DNA of 54,517 bases from a virus (Duplodnaviria; Caudoviricetes). How positions within the stretch are numbered: the stretch's first letter is position 1; every line of letters begins with the position of its first letter. Where the stretch lies: positions 1-54,517 of IMG/VR virus record IMGVR_UViG_3300044577_000018. One strand, 5' to 3'. Under the pieces are notes generated by a model, which saw nothing but the letters and a program-made list of their open reading frames with translations, searched no databases and was not told the DNA's origin. This document shows, one piece after another, positions 29,265 through 39,679 of the stretch. Both the position numbers and the translations under genes were made by a program.

Positions 29265-30311
29265 TTGCTGATTAAACGACGAAGGCCACAAACATCAGGG
29301 GGCATCCACCTTGAAAACAGGGCTGAGAGGTCCTTCGTCTTGAACTCTGAGTCTAGGCATGCAAAAGGACTCATCCTCTGGATCCCTCCCGTTTGGGGGC
29401 CGCACACAAGCACTGTTTACGATCTCAGTCACTACAAAGAGCACGGTGTCGGGAGCGGTTGGAATCCTGCAACTCAGCCAATGTATGTCACCTATGACCC
29501 TACTAATGTGACTCCCCATGTTCCCTTCATCGGCTTCGATGGGCTTACGGCCGGCGATACGGTTATAAATTGGAGTTCTCCTTCTGTACGTCTTCGCGAC
29601 CTACCTCTCACCTACAATTTTTCTGTAGCATCGTGGCTGTCACCCGAAAGCCGGACTCTCACGAACTCTTTGTGGGCTTGGAGTGGGACCGATGACATCG
29701 TCTATTACCCAAACGACTCCAGCGTCAGTGGGAGTAGATTATTTTGGCGAGATTTGGGCGGCAGTATTTTGGTTGACGCGAATGCCGACCCAACGGGCGG
29801 GGATCCTGTTTGGGATGTTTTTGTGTCCAGGGCTAGCGATAATCACGAGTTATACCGAAACGGCAAATCTATAGACACAGACGTCGCTACTGGGTCAGCC
29901 GGCCCATTTACAGCATTCCATTATGGGGCGTGGGTGTCCGGCTCGCAGCAATTTGCTGGATGGTACGGGGATTTGCGTGTCTATGCCAGGGCTCTTACAT
30001 CTGACGAAGTCCTGGATATGTACGAAGACCCGTGGGATCTCTACTACGAGATTGGCACGAAGAGTTATGTCTTCTTCGGGGCAGCGGGTATAACTATCGA
30101 GCAGGAGGGTTTTCGCTTTCGCAATGACGACGGCTCGGAGGCTGCTGCTACGTGGCGGCAAGCACAAGACGTTGACGATAGCGCAGCTAAAGACTTGTGT
30201 ATCCGTCTTCGTACGTTGGTTAACGCTACAGGAGATCCGGCGTCGTCTCAGTATCAACTGGAGCAAAGATTAGTCGGCGGCAGCGCGTGGACTAAGATCG
30301 ATGTTGAGTAA
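29265..30311 (+). CDS. LamG/concanavalin-A-like domain protein
   Basis: FSVASW, LYRNG, FAGWYGDLRVYARALTSDEVLDMY. Confidence 0.7.
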   Translation: MLIKRRRPQTSGGIHLENRAERSFVLNSESRHAKGLILWIPPVWGPHTSTVYDLSHYKEHGVGSGWNPATQPMYVTYDPTNVTPHVPFIGFDGLTAGDTVINWSSPSVRLRDLPLTYNFSVASWLSPESRTLTNSLWAWSGTDDIVYYPNDSSVSGSRLFWRDLGGSILVDANADPTGGDPVWDVFVSRASDNHELYRNGKSIDTDVATGSAGPFTAFHYGAWVSGSQQFAGWYGDLRVYARALTSDEVLDMYEDPWDLYYEIGTKSYVFFGAAGITIEQEGFRFRNDDGSEAAATWRQAQDVDDSAAKDLCIRLRTLVNATGDPASSQYQLEQRLVGGSAWTKIDVE

Positions 30312-30702
30312 GACGCTACAGGTTGCGGTGCTCTATTCTGATCTCGCTGTATGCAAGGTGGAGTGGTCGGGGAAAGAAACCCTAAAACGTGACGACGTTC
30401 TCGCAATCGCGATAGTTCACCCGAAGGAAGAAGCTCGTAGGAAGCGCCACCAGGCCGTCATCGAGCATGACTTTTACGTACTTGCATGGACGGATACCGA
30501 ATGCTACCTCGGTGGCTACGACGACGACTATTACTGGTTCAGCCTGACTGAACCATGGAAGCCGTACGGTGAAGGATTCACGCATCGGTTTCCGTTCACA
30601 CTTCCAGAGAACTCAATGCTGTTCGAAGGTGTCTTCGTTGACAAGGAAGTCTACGCACAGGCGAAGCTGATCTTCGGTGACCGTGAAGGGCCGATGTTCT
30701 AA
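30301..30702 (+). CDS. Hypothetical protein
   Basis: Overlaps both neighbours in operon fashion. Confidence 0.5.
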   Translation: MLSKTLQVAVLYSDLAVCKVEWSGKETLKRDDVLAIAIVHPKEEARRKRHQAVIEHDFYVLAWTDTECYLGGYDDDYYWFSLTEPWKPYGEGFTHRFPFTLPENSMLFEGVFVDKEVYAQAKLIFGDREGPMF

Positions 30703-33632
30703 TGGCATTCGTTAGTCCTGATCTTGCGGAAGGTGTCAACCTTACCAGCGCCGCTGCCGACGACGGATCGAAAAATACAGAAGCCAACCTGAACGACGGC
30801 AATACCGGCACCACAGCCTTGAACGAAATCCGGAAAGGGATGTCTGGGTACAAGATGACCCACGACATCGGCTTCGCCGTCGCGAACATCGATACTCTCA
30901 AGGTCCGTGCGTTCGACGGCGTGATGATGGCGACGGGCGACAGCCCGATCTACCCGTACTCGTCGGGCGACGTAGCAGTTGTCACTGGCAACGAGCAGAA
31001 CCTAACGATAAACGACAACGGCGCCTACGACGAGATCACTATGTCGGCGGCCTTTATCGCTGACCTTGGTGACGTCGGTACTAACCAGATCAGTATCCGC
31101 TTCTCGTATGACGGGTCTATTCGCGGTCGGTTCAATCAGATACAGCTTGAGGTGACGGAAGCCGCAAGCGGATCAGTTGGATCGTCCTCAGGGCTTGCTA
31201 CCGTTCTCGCTGTAGGACTGTCGCTATTCTCGGGAGTAGGGTCTAGTGCGGGCGCGGCTACTGTCTCAGGTGCGGGCGCGGCCATACATTCAGCTACAGG
31301 CGCTAGCGCAGGTACTACAACTGTCTTGGGTGCCGGAGCTGCTATCCACTCAGCCGTGGGGGCTAGCGCGGGTGTCGCTACCGTCTTAGGTGTAGGGCAA
31401 GCTGTAATCGGCGGCAGCGTCGGCGCTAGTGCGGGCGATTCAACTGTTCTAGGCGTTGGTGCTTCTATCCACTCTGGTGTTGCCTCAAGTGCCGGTACTT
31501 CAACCGTCCTAGGCGTCAGCGCTTCTACGAATGCGGTCACGGCTTCTAGTGCTGGGGTCGCTACTGTATCCGGGGTGGGGGTTGGCGTCCATTCGGCTAT
31601 AGCCTCGTCTGCCGGTACAACCGTTGTACTGGGTGTGGGGGCTGCTACAGGAGGTTCTATTGGCGCTAGTGCAGGCAGCTCAACTGTTGTAGGTGTAGGG
31701 GCTCCTCTTGTTTCAGTTGTTGGCGCGGCATCGGGTACGTCAACCGTTCTAGCCGTTAGCGCATCCACGAACGCGGTCACAGCTTCCAGTGCCGGTATAG
31801 CTACAGTAGTCGGGGTAGGGGTTGGTATTCACTCGACTGTAGCCTCGTCAGCTGGCGCTGCTACCGTCACAGGTCTAAGTGTTGATGAGATCGTATTGTG
31901 CTTGTCGGCCAACATAGCCGCAAGCGGTGAGAACACCACCGCACAACTCACAGCGCCATCCGGTAAAACTACCGGCGACTTTGATGCCGGTCGTATACAG
32001 GATGACGAAAACCCGGCCGATGCTGTAGACATTACCCTTGACGACTACACCGAGATGGAGTGGGCGATCAAGGGTAGCGTCACCGCCGCGCTTGCTCAGT
32101 ATGAATTCCGCGTCACGGTCAGCGGCACAGTACTAGATACCTACACCGTTACCCCTAAGCTGACCTTTACCGATGTAACCGGTTCCGTTGCTGCTAGCGC
32201 GGGTACTACAGCGGTCGTAGGCGTAGGTACTGGTATTGCGTCGGGGGTTGCGAGCTCGGCTGGCGTTGCAACTGTATCCGGGATAGGGGCCGGTGTTCAT
32301 TCAGGCGTTGGCGCTAGCGCGGGCGTAGCGACTGTTACGGGTGTTGGAGCCGCTATACATTCTGCCGTTGGCTCTGCAGCGGGCACCGCTACCGTACTAG
32401 GGGTTAGCGCCTCCACGAATGCCGTAACCGCGAGTGCAGCCGGTACGTCAACCGTATTAGCCATCAGCGCCTCTACCAACGCGGCTACGGCTTCGTCTGC
32501 TGGTGTCGCAACCGTCATCGGTGTAGGTGCGGCCACTCACTCAGCGGTAGGTGCGGCGTCAGGTACCACTACCGTCGTAGGCGTCGGCGCGGGTGTCGTG
32601 TCATCGGTTGGTAGCTCAGCCGGTACAACAACTGTAGTAGGTACTGGGGCTGCTATCCACTCAGCCGTAGCAAACGCGGCTGGCACTACGACTGTATTAG
32701 GTATTGGTCAAGCGGTAACAGCGGGATCGGTTGGCGCTAGTGCAGGCGCTTCAACCGTTCTAGGTATCGGAGCGGCTACCCACTCAGCTGTTGGATCGGC
32801 CGCCGGGACCACGGTCGCGTTAGGCGTTAGCGCCTCCACGAATGCCGTTACAGCATCTAGCGCGGGTGTCGCGACCGTCTTAGGGGTTGGGACGGGCGTA
32901 GCTTCAGGTGTCGGCTCAAGCGCAGGCGCTACAACAGTCACAGGTGTAGGCGTCGGATTAGCCTCTTCGGTGGCGGCCACCTCAGGCAGCTCTGTTGTCT
33001 TAGGAGTTGGAGCTGCTACCCACTTAGCCGCCGGCTCGAGTGCAGGCACCTCTACCGTACTAGGGGTTAGTGGAGCCGGTATTACGGCGGCTGTAGGATC
33101 GGCTGCCGGTACCTCGACTGTAGCGGGTATCGGCGCTGCGACAGCTTCTAGCACTGCTGCGGCTACGGGTACAACTGTTGTCTTAGGAGTTGGCGCTTCT
33201 ACCGCTACCGCTGTAGCATCCAGCGCTGGCGTCGCAACTGTTACGGGTGTTGGTACCGGTCTCGTTGTTTCTGTCGGCACCAGCGCAGGTGCTTCAACCA
33301 TCGTAGGTGTCGGTACTGGGGTTGCATCCAGTATCGCTTCCTCGGCAGGCGTTGCTACCGTAGCGGGTGTCGGTAGAGCTACCCACTCAGCTATTGCGAG
33401 TGCAGCCGGTACAACAACCGTAGCGGGTATCGGTGCCAGTACAGCTTCCAGCATTGCTTCCTCTGCTGGTGTCGCTACAGTGCTAGGCATTGGCACCGAT
33501 GTGTCCGCGCTTATAGGGGATGTTATCATTGCTACGGTTGTGGATCTCAACGCCACACGTACGGTAGCGGATCTAAATACCACACGTACCGTCGCAGCTC
33601 TGGTAACAAAACGTACGACGGTAAAATTGTAG
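30702..33632 (+). CDS. Ser/Thr/Ala/Gly/Val-rich repeat protein (likely virion fiber)
   Basis: Dozens of 18-20-aa repeats (SSAGVATVxGVGAAIHSAVG-like) in two blocks around a non-repeat domain. Confidence 0.75.
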   Translation: MAFVSPDLAEGVNLTSAAADDGSKNTEANLNDGNTGTTALNEIRKGMSGYKMTHDIGFAVANIDTLKVRAFDGVMMATGDSPIYPYSSGDVAVVTGNEQNLTINDNGAYDEITMSAAFIADLGDVGTNQISIRFSYDGSIRGRFNQIQLEVTEAASGSVGSSSGLATVLAVGLSLFSGVGSSAGAATVSGAGAAIHSATGASAGTTTVLGAGAAIHSAVGASAGVATVLGVGQAVIGGSVGASAGDSTVLGVGASIHSGVASSAGTSTVLGVSASTNAVTASSAGVATVSGVGVGVHSAIASSAGTTVVLGVGAATGGSIGASAGSSTVVGVGAPLVSVVGAASGTSTVLAVSASTNAVTASSAGIATVVGVGVGIHSTVASSAGAATVTGLSVDEIVLCLSANIAASGENTTAQLTAPSGKTTGDFDAGRIQDDENPADAVDITLDDYTEMEWAIKGSVTAALAQYEFRVTVSGTVLDTYTVTPKLTFTDVTGSVAASAGTTAVVGVGTGIASGVASSAGVATVSGIGAGVHSGVGASAGVATVTGVGAAIHSAVGSAAGTATVLGVSASTNAVTASAAGTSTVLAISASTNAATASSAGVATVIGVGAATHSAVGAASGTTTVVGVGAGVVSSVGSSAGTTTVVGTGAAIHSAVANAAGTTTVLGIGQAVTAGSVGASAGASTVLGIGAATHSAVGSAAGTTVALGVSASTNAVTASSAGVATVLGVGTGVASGVGSSAGATTVTGVGVGLASSVAATSGSSVVLGVGAATHLAAGSSAGTSTVLGVSGAGITAAVGSAAGTSTVAGIGAATASSTAAATGTTVVLGVGASTATAVASSAGVATVTGVGTGLVVSVGTSAGASTIVGVGTGVASSIASSAGVATVAGVGRATHSAIASAAGTTTVAGIGASTASSIASSAGVATVLGIGTDVSALIGDVIIATVVDLNATRTVADLNTTRTVAALVTKRTTVKL

Positions 33633-33643
33633 GGAGTTTGGGT

Positions 33644-33958
33644 ATGGCTATCACTATTAATGTAGTACAGGATTGGACGGGTCCTCTCGACTTCCGGCTC
33701 GAGGCTGACGGATCGGCTGTTGATCTCACAGGCACAACGCCGCTACTTATTCTCTCAGAAGAGAATGGGGCGTCTATAACACTAGCAGGTACGTCGGCTC
33801 TGTTAACGGCTACCGGCGGCACGGTGCGCTTTACGCCGGCTACGGGTGATCTTATCAAGGGCGGATATCGAGGACGTTGGAAGATCACAGACGGGAGCTC
33901 GAATGACGTGTACTTTCCTAACGAAGAAGCGGATACGTGGAAGGTGCGGTATCCGTAA
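33644..33958 (+). CDS. BppU-like baseplate/fiber adaptor
   Basis: DGSAVDLTG, GTVRFTP..GDL, YRGRWKIT, YFPN. Confidence 0.6.
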   Translation: MAITINVVQDWTGPLDFRLEADGSAVDLTGTTPLLILSEENGASITLAGTSALLTATGGTVRFTPATGDLIKGGYRGRWKITDGSSNDVYFPNEEADTWKVRYP

Positions 33959-34085
33959 AGCTATTCGCGCCAACTCGGTAAAAAGATTTACTCCATGGTG
34001 TTGGTACGTAATCAGACGCGAAACGTGCAATTCTGCACGCGCGGGTGTTGCCGGGTCGCCCGCACAGCTAAGCCGTAATTAGCAC

Positions 34086-34115
34086 TTGACAGCTAGTCAC
34101 GTAGGGTTTTATACT
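34086..34115 (+). promoter_or_regulatory. Sigma70-type promoter for the replication module
   Basis: TTGACA-N18-TATACT; within a 20-mer repeated at 45885. Confidence 0.7.
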
Positions 34116-34299
34116 TGCTCTCAAGGAGCAAAAGAGTGAGACAGCCGATAGCCGCAAGAAAGCACACGCGGATCGAGGTCGCTTGGATGCGAGCCGCGTT
34201 ACCGAAACTGCGCAAGCCCTATCCACGCGTTCGGATAACTCAGAGGCAGATCAATGCACAGGCGCGCAACTGGATTTTGTTTGGGGAAGGGGAAGACAA

Positions 34300-34515
34300 A
34301 TGAAAGGCTTGATATTAGGAAAAACCTACGATGTTGTGCACAGCCGCAAAGGTCATTTCTGTTTTCGTGTGGTGGCAGACGACGGTAAATGGGTAACCGG
34401 AGAGATTATCAGCGGTAGAGCAATAAACATCAGTCGCGATATCGCTGATAACGTCTCAGGCGAAGTAATAACTATTCGCAAAAACATGGCGTCGTTCGAC
34501 TTTGTAGAGAGTTGA
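34300..34515 (+). CDS. Hypothetical protein
   Basis: ATG at 34300 after a purine-rich RBS. Confidence 0.5.
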   Translation: MKGLILGKTYDVVHSRKGHFCFRVVADDGKWVTGEIISGRAINISRDIADNVSGEVITIRKNMASFDFVES

Positions 34516-34519
34516 CGCC

Positions 34520-36124
34520 ATGAAAGTCGCTAGCATGGATCTCTGGCCGGACGATCCGAACCCGACTCTAGAACCCGAGCCCGCGATATCCGATATAGTT
34601 CTCTCACCGCAACAAGCCGCGATCATGGACTGGGTTGACGACGGTAGCGGCTCCGCATTTGTCGAAGCGGTTGCCGGCTCTGGCAAGACGACTACATTAA
34701 TAGAAGCGTGCAAACGTATGTCTGGCTCCGTTGCCTTACTAGCCTTCAACAAGAAGATAGCCGACGAAATCAAGATGCGTATACGGGGTGTAGCTGACAA
34801 CGTACGCGCGGGCACCTTTCACAGCTTCGGGCTCGCTGCATGGAAGGGCCGCTATCCGAAAGTACGGGTAGACGCGCGCGCGAAGTCCAAGGCGATGATA
34901 GCGGAGTGTAAGGTGCCGTATCTTCTACAGCCGGCAGTCAAGAAGCTTGTGTCGTTAGCTAAGCAGGCAGGCGCAGAAGATACCCGACACAGGGAGACAG
35001 AAAAGACGTTTGTGCTTATAGACCACCTGATCGACCGTCATGACGTCATAGCTGATGTCGATACACGAGGCATGGATCAGGAAGCGATAGCGGATGTCGT
35101 TTTAGACTTAGGTAAGTATGCGGTGAGGTGCCTCGAATGGTCGCGCGAAGCCGGCTCACATACTATCGACTACGACGATATGATCTGGCTTCCTGTCACT
35201 ACTCAGGGTGCTAGCTTCACGTACTACGACTGGGTTCTAGTGGACGAAGCCCAGGACACGAATACCGTACGTCGCATGCTGTCCTCTCAAATATGTACAC
35301 TCGACGCGCGTACTATCTGGGTCGGTGACAGACACCAAGCGATTTACGGTTTCACTGGAGCGGACGCGAACGCGATCGATATCATTATTAAGAAGTTCGA
35401 TTGCACTTCGCTACCCCTTACCACCACGTACCGATGCCCGAAAGCTGTTGTACGGGTAGCCCAGCAGTGGGTTAGTCATATCGAAGCTCATGAGTCGGCA
35501 CCCGAGGGACTCGCGTACACTACGTCTGCCGCACTCGAAGAGTGCAATCTAGTTACCGGAGACGCCATATTGTGCCGCAATACCCGGCCGCTAGTGTCGC
35601 TTGCCCTTGCCCTTACACGACGCGGCAAGGGGTGTCATGTAGAGGGACACGACATAGGGCAAGGATTGATCCGCATGGCGACTCAGTGGAAGGTGCAATC
35701 GGTAGCCGGGCTTATTAAAAACCTCGAGGCGTACCGCATCCGAGAGACTGAGCGGCTACGAGCTCGGGAAGCTGACTACGCTATCGAAGCTCTCAACGAT
35801 CGTATTGATACCTTGTTAGTCATCACGGACGGATGCGACACGGTAGCCGAGTTGACGGCTAAGATAGACGGTATGTTCCAAAACACGACGAGCGAGGGCA
35901 AGGCTAGCACGATCATTCTTTCGACAGTTCACAAGGCGAAGGGGCGCGAGTGGGATCGGGTTTTTATTCTCGGCTTCGATATCTATATGCCGTCCAAGTG
36001 GGCTAAGAAGAGCTGGCAGAAGGATCAGGAGACTAACCTAATGTACGTAGCGGCAACGCGCGCCAGGAAAGAGCTAGTGATGCAGATAGGTGATTTGAAA
36101 GCGAGAGATGGGGTGGAGCGGTGA
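34520..36124 (+). CDS. UvrD/Rep-like SF1 helicase
   Basis: AVAGSGKTT, VDEAQD, VGDRHQAIYGFTGA, STVHKAKGRE, YVAATRA. Confidence 0.93.
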   Translation: MKVASMDLWPDDPNPTLEPEPAISDIVLSPQQAAIMDWVDDGSGSAFVEAVAGSGKTTTLIEACKRMSGSVALLAFNKKIADEIKMRIRGVADNVRAGTFHSFGLAAWKGRYPKVRVDARAKSKAMIAECKVPYLLQPAVKKLVSLAKQAGAEDTRHRETEKTFVLIDHLIDRHDVIADVDTRGMDQEAIADVVLDLGKYAVRCLEWSREAGSHTIDYDDMIWLPVTTQGASFTYYDWVLVDEAQDTNTVRRMLSSQICTLDARTIWVGDRHQAIYGFTGADANAIDIIIKKFDCTSLPLTTTYRCPKAVVRVAQQWVSHIEAHESAPEGLAYTTSAALEECNLVTGDAILCRNTRPLVSLALALTRRGKGCHVEGHDIGQGLIRMATQWKVQSVAGLIKNLEAYRIRETERLRAREADYAIEALNDRIDTLLVITDGCDTVAELTAKIDGMFQNTTSEGKASTIILSTVHKAKGREWDRVFILGFDIYMPSKWAKKSWQKDQETNLMYVAATRARKELVMQIGDLKARDGVER

Positions 36125-36384
36125 CAGCTACACGTTACCGGGTTTCGTTTTGGGGGTTTTGGCTGGGAGTTTTAGCAGGTGTACTGGTGGGAGCGTTAGT
36201 AATGGCCCACAATGCGTCACCGTGTGAGCCGTGCACTGCCGAGAGCGCAACCGTCGCGGGACCACACGGCAACGCAGCCGAGATCATAGAGGCGCAAGCT
36301 AAGCTCATCGTAGCGCAAGCCGATCTCATTCGTGGGCTAGAGGAAGTTACGCTAGTATCGCCGCATCTTATTTTGGGAAAGTGA
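36121..36384 (+). CDS. Small membrane protein
   Basis: Hydrophobic helix followed by a coiled segment. Confidence 0.4.
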   Translation: MTATRYRVSFWGFWLGVLAGVLVGALVMAHNASPCEPCTAESATVAGPHGNAAEIIEAQAKLIVAQADLIRGLEEVTLVSPHLILGK

Positions 36385-36402
36385 CCTCGCCGACCTAAGA
36401 GT

Positions 36403-37719
36403 ATGACGCCTGCCGATCTAGGTCTACCTGCAAAGTTTACCGCTTTCCGAACCGGCCAAGCCGACCTAGTCCACTCTCTAGCCGAGCGTGACTACCGCTT
36501 CGATCTTCTATCCGCTCCTACGGGTTCTGGAAAGTCCGTCATTTATGTAGCAGCCGCTATCCTGTTCGATGCAGGGCGCACAGTGATCGTCACTAAAACC
36601 AAAATGCTTCAAGAGCAGCTAGAGCGTGACTTCGGTGAAATGGGCTTCGAGGACATACGCGGTAAAGATAGCTACTGTGCTATCGGTGACGTTGTACAGC
36701 TAAAGTATTGGAGAAAGAGGAACGCAGCTAAACGCTCGAGCTTCGTGGTAACAAATTACGCCTACTGGCTAACGAGACACCCGAAGGACGATGTCGGTAC
36801 GTTCGATTTACTCATCCTGGACGAAGCGCATCAAGCGCCAGACGGACTGTTAGCGTCCCGCATCAAGCTCTTTAAACCATCGTCGTGTCGGTCGCGCAAG
36901 CACTACGAGGACGAGTCTCGGTATGTGATAGACGCTACAAGAGACGCTAAAGGCCGTATGCGTGCTATCCCTATATGGACGCGCGACGAGGTACAAGAGC
37001 AAGCGGAGCGCTACCTATTCCGAGATATCGATAAGGTGATTCTAGTATCCGGTGTACTGCATCGTCGGGTTATAGATTATCTAGGACTACCTGAGAACCG
37101 TACGCGCTTTCAAGAATACGCTTCGCACTTCGATCCCAAGCGCCGGCCGCTGATCTACCTGCCGACTGCTCGAGTCGATCACCGTATTAATGAAGGCGGC
37201 ATGCGCCAGCTGGTAAACCGTATCGATCGAATCATTGAGAAGCACGCGATCGGTCTAGGTCAAAAGGGCATCATACACGCGGTCAGCTTTGTACGCGCTT
37301 GGGAGATAGCAAATCGCAGCTCCAACAAAAGCCGGCTGCTAACTCATGAATCCAACAATACGAAAGAGACGGTGAATAAGTTTAAGCGCGCTAAGCCCGG
37401 TACCGTACTGTTGAGTCCATCTGTAGAAGAAGGATACGACTTCCCGCTAGACGAATGCCGGTTTCAGATCCTAGTGAAGGTGCCTTTTGTGTACTCCAAA
37501 ACCCCGATCATCCAAGCGCGCGCTAAGTCCGATAAGCGCTACCTCGATTACATAACCGCAATGCGTGTTGTTCAGCAGGTGGGGCGCGGTATGAGGTCAG
37601 TAGATGACGAATGTACGTCGTATATTCTGGACGACCATTGGTTTTGGTTTCGGCACAAGTCGCGGGATATGTTCCCAGAGTGGTTTCAAAAGGCGTGGAA
37701 AGATAGGGTAACCGTATGA
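36403..37719 (+). CDS. DinG/XPD-like SF2 helicase (compact)
   Basis: APTGSGKS, LDEAH, EGYDFP, KVPF, QQVGRGMRS..D. Confidence 0.88.
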   Translation: MTPADLGLPAKFTAFRTGQADLVHSLAERDYRFDLLSAPTGSGKSVIYVAAAILFDAGRTVIVTKTKMLQEQLERDFGEMGFEDIRGKDSYCAIGDVVQLKYWRKRNAAKRSSFVVTNYAYWLTRHPKDDVGTFDLLILDEAHQAPDGLLASRIKLFKPSSCRSRKHYEDESRYVIDATRDAKGRMRAIPIWTRDEVQEQAERYLFRDIDKVILVSGVLHRRVIDYLGLPENRTRFQEYASHFDPKRRPLIYLPTARVDHRINEGGMRQLVNRIDRIIEKHAIGLGQKGIIHAVSFVRAWEIANRSSNKSRLLTHESNNTKETVNKFKRAKPGTVLLSPSVEEGYDFPLDECRFQILVKVPFVYSKTPIIQARAKSDKRYLDYITAMRVVQQVGRGMRSVDDECTSYILDDHWFWFRHKSRDMFPEWFQKAWKDRVTV

Positions 37720-37886
37720 GAGTTAGCTTGACTAAAGATGTTCGCTGTTTGACGTGAGGGCTCAAGTATGGTATTCGTTAGCAGTAGCTAAAACCCGACA
37801 CCTAAAAACAAAAATGGTGACAGCCGAAAACGCACTCCCGCGTATTGACAGCCGTCCCCCTCTTACCCCATAAGGGAGTACCCACT

Positions 37887-38711
37887 ATGGCACCTAAAAG
37901 AAAAGACCCGCCCGGCGTAGCGTCAATGAACCCGGATAACATGGTTTCCGGCGGGCTGATGGACGATTTCGACGGGCTGGTAACCAGGGCCCGTTTGTGT
38001 TTTTTCGACTACGAGGGTAAGGGGCAGCGCACTCTAGCTGTAGCCCTTGCTATCAAGCCGGACGACGACGACGAGTTTACTCAACACTACTCGAGCGGCA
38101 ACCCGGAGCACTTCTCGCCTACCATGGACGGCGTCAACCCAGCCGAAGAGGGCGTGTACGCCTTGCCTACGGATAACAAGTCGCAAATGAATAACAATAC
38201 CAACTGGGCGCACTTCACGCTGGCGTGTCTAGATGCCGGCTTTGCGAAAAAGGATCTAGGCGCTTCGGTCGAGTGGGTCGAGGGGTTGTACGGACACTTC
38301 AACCGGGTGCCTCAACGCAAGCGTTCCGGCATTCAAGTCGAAGCCGTGGGATCGGACGGCCGACAGAGGAGCAACGACATCCTCGTTGTCACCGAGATCA
38401 AGACTGCGCCTGCGGGTGCTGGAGCGGGTAGAGTTGCAGCTGCTACGGGCAAGGGCAAGGCGCTACCGGGGCACGGCTCGGCCGGGCCAGCAGATAGCGA
38501 TCTGGATGCACGTCTCTCGGAAGTCTTGCTGGTAGCTTTGGCTGAGTCTGAGGAAGGGATACCGAAGACCAAGCTAGCGGGATCGGTTATCAAGTCATTT
38601 ACTGGTGCCGAAAAAGCAAAAGCTGTGAAGCGCGTTAACGACTTGGCTTTTCTTGAGGCGGTCGATGGCGCAACCTTTGACGCGGACTCGGCTACCCTGT
38701 TTCTAGGATAG
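37887..38711 (+). CDS. Hypothetical replication protein, possibly ssDNA-binding
   Basis: GGGAG RBS; sits among recombination genes; beta-rich core, flexible linker and C-terminal small domain. Confidence 0.45.
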   Translation: MAPKRKDPPGVASMNPDNMVSGGLMDDFDGLVTRARLCFFDYEGKGQRTLAVALAIKPDDDDEFTQHYSSGNPEHFSPTMDGVNPAEEGVYALPTDNKSQMNNNTNWAHFTLACLDAGFAKKDLGASVEWVEGLYGHFNRVPQRKRSGIQVEAVGSDGRQRSNDILVVTEIKTAPAGAGAGRVAAATGKGKALPGHGSAGPADSDLDARLSEVLLVALAESEEGIPKTKLAGSVIKSFTGAEKAKAVKRVNDLAFLEAVDGATFDADSATLFLG

Positions 38712-38723
38712 GGTGCCGGTAGG

Positions 38724-38844
38724 GTGGGGGATTACAAACACGGCGGCGAGAGTCGCTTGCCGGGGCTTGACGAAGCCGACAAGGTGGAGGGTCTTAATAC
38801 GCTCTCTGTTGCGTCTCTCAGGTACCGGCCGCCGTGGCCCCCAC
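38724..38844 (+). ncRNA. Candidate structured intergenic RNA
   Basis: Nested stems GTGGGGG/CCCCCAC, CACGGCGGC/GCCGCCGTG, GAGAGTCGC/GCGTCTCTC and GGCTT/AAGCC. Confidence 0.4.
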
Positions 38845-38863
38845 TTCCGAGGTTTGAAACGCT

Positions 38864-39442
38864 ATGACGCCTAAGCTAATAGCTTCCGGCCTATCCGAGC
38901 TCGTACCCATGCAGCGATCGGGCGACGAGACCCACCACGTCTCCTGGATCATTCGTGAGCTGTGCATCAAGCTTGGCCATTTTACTACGTCTTCTATGAC
39001 ACCCGAGCAGCAGACGCGAATGGAGCTCGGCTCGGTATTCGAGGACGCGGTTGTACATGCGCTAGCAGCTAGATACGCAAGCTCAGATGACAGCTTTGTG
39101 CAACCCGGTGAGTTCGAGCTAGACGGCTTGATAGGGACGCCTGATCTGCTAGATAACCAGGTAGGCGCGCTCACGGTTATCGAGATCAAGCTTACCTGGA
39201 TGTCCTCTCGCTGGGATCCCGAAGACGTCAAGTACTGGCGCTACTGGGTTCAGCTCATGGCTTACTGCAAGCTAGTGGGTACGCCACATGGCAGACTCCA
39301 CGTATGCCACATTAACGGCGACTACCGCGAGAACCGGCTACCCGACTACAAAGTTTATGAGGTAGAATTTAGTCGAGCCGAACTGGACGAGAATTGGCGC
39401 ATGCTGGTTACAAACGGGAAAGTCCTAAGGGGAAAACGGTGA
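38864..39442 (+). CDS. PD-(D/E)XK exonuclease (Cas4/lambda-exo-like)
   Basis: G..FE, GTPD, IEIK, QLMAY. Confidence 0.8.
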   Translation: MTPKLIASGLSELVPMQRSGDETHHVSWIIRELCIKLGHFTTSSMTPEQQTRMELGSVFEDAVVHALAARYASSDDSFVQPGEFELDGLIGTPDLLDNQVGALTVIEIKLTWMSSRWDPEDVKYWRYWVQLMAYCKLVGTPHGRLHVCHINGDYRENRLPDYKVYEVEFSRAELDENWRMLVTNGKVLRGKR

Positions 39443-39679
39443 GATACGAACCGCTCTCGTCTAAGCCGGTGATGGCTGAAGCAGCTGAGTACATCATAAC
39501 CGAAGGCGTAGCCGGCGTATGGCATTATCACCTCTCTACGCCTGACCTACCGTACCGCTCTCTATGCAACATGGTAGTCATGCGCACGTCTGCGCCTCTT
39601 GAGTACTGGAACAAGACACCGAAGGGCTACCATCTTCCTGAGACCTGGTGTAAGACGTGCGAAAGAAAACGGAGCAGCT

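Noticed and set aside
31136-33583. Long minus-strand Pro/Thr/Ala ORFs
   Set aside because: Antisense shadows of the repeat protein
18515-33958. Diversity-generating retroelement acting on tail genes
   Set aside because: No reverse transcriptase and no template/variable repeat pair seen
38864-39442. CRISPR adaptation Cas4
   Set aside because: No four-cysteine Fe-S pattern and no cas1/cas2; more likely an ordinary phage recombination nuclease
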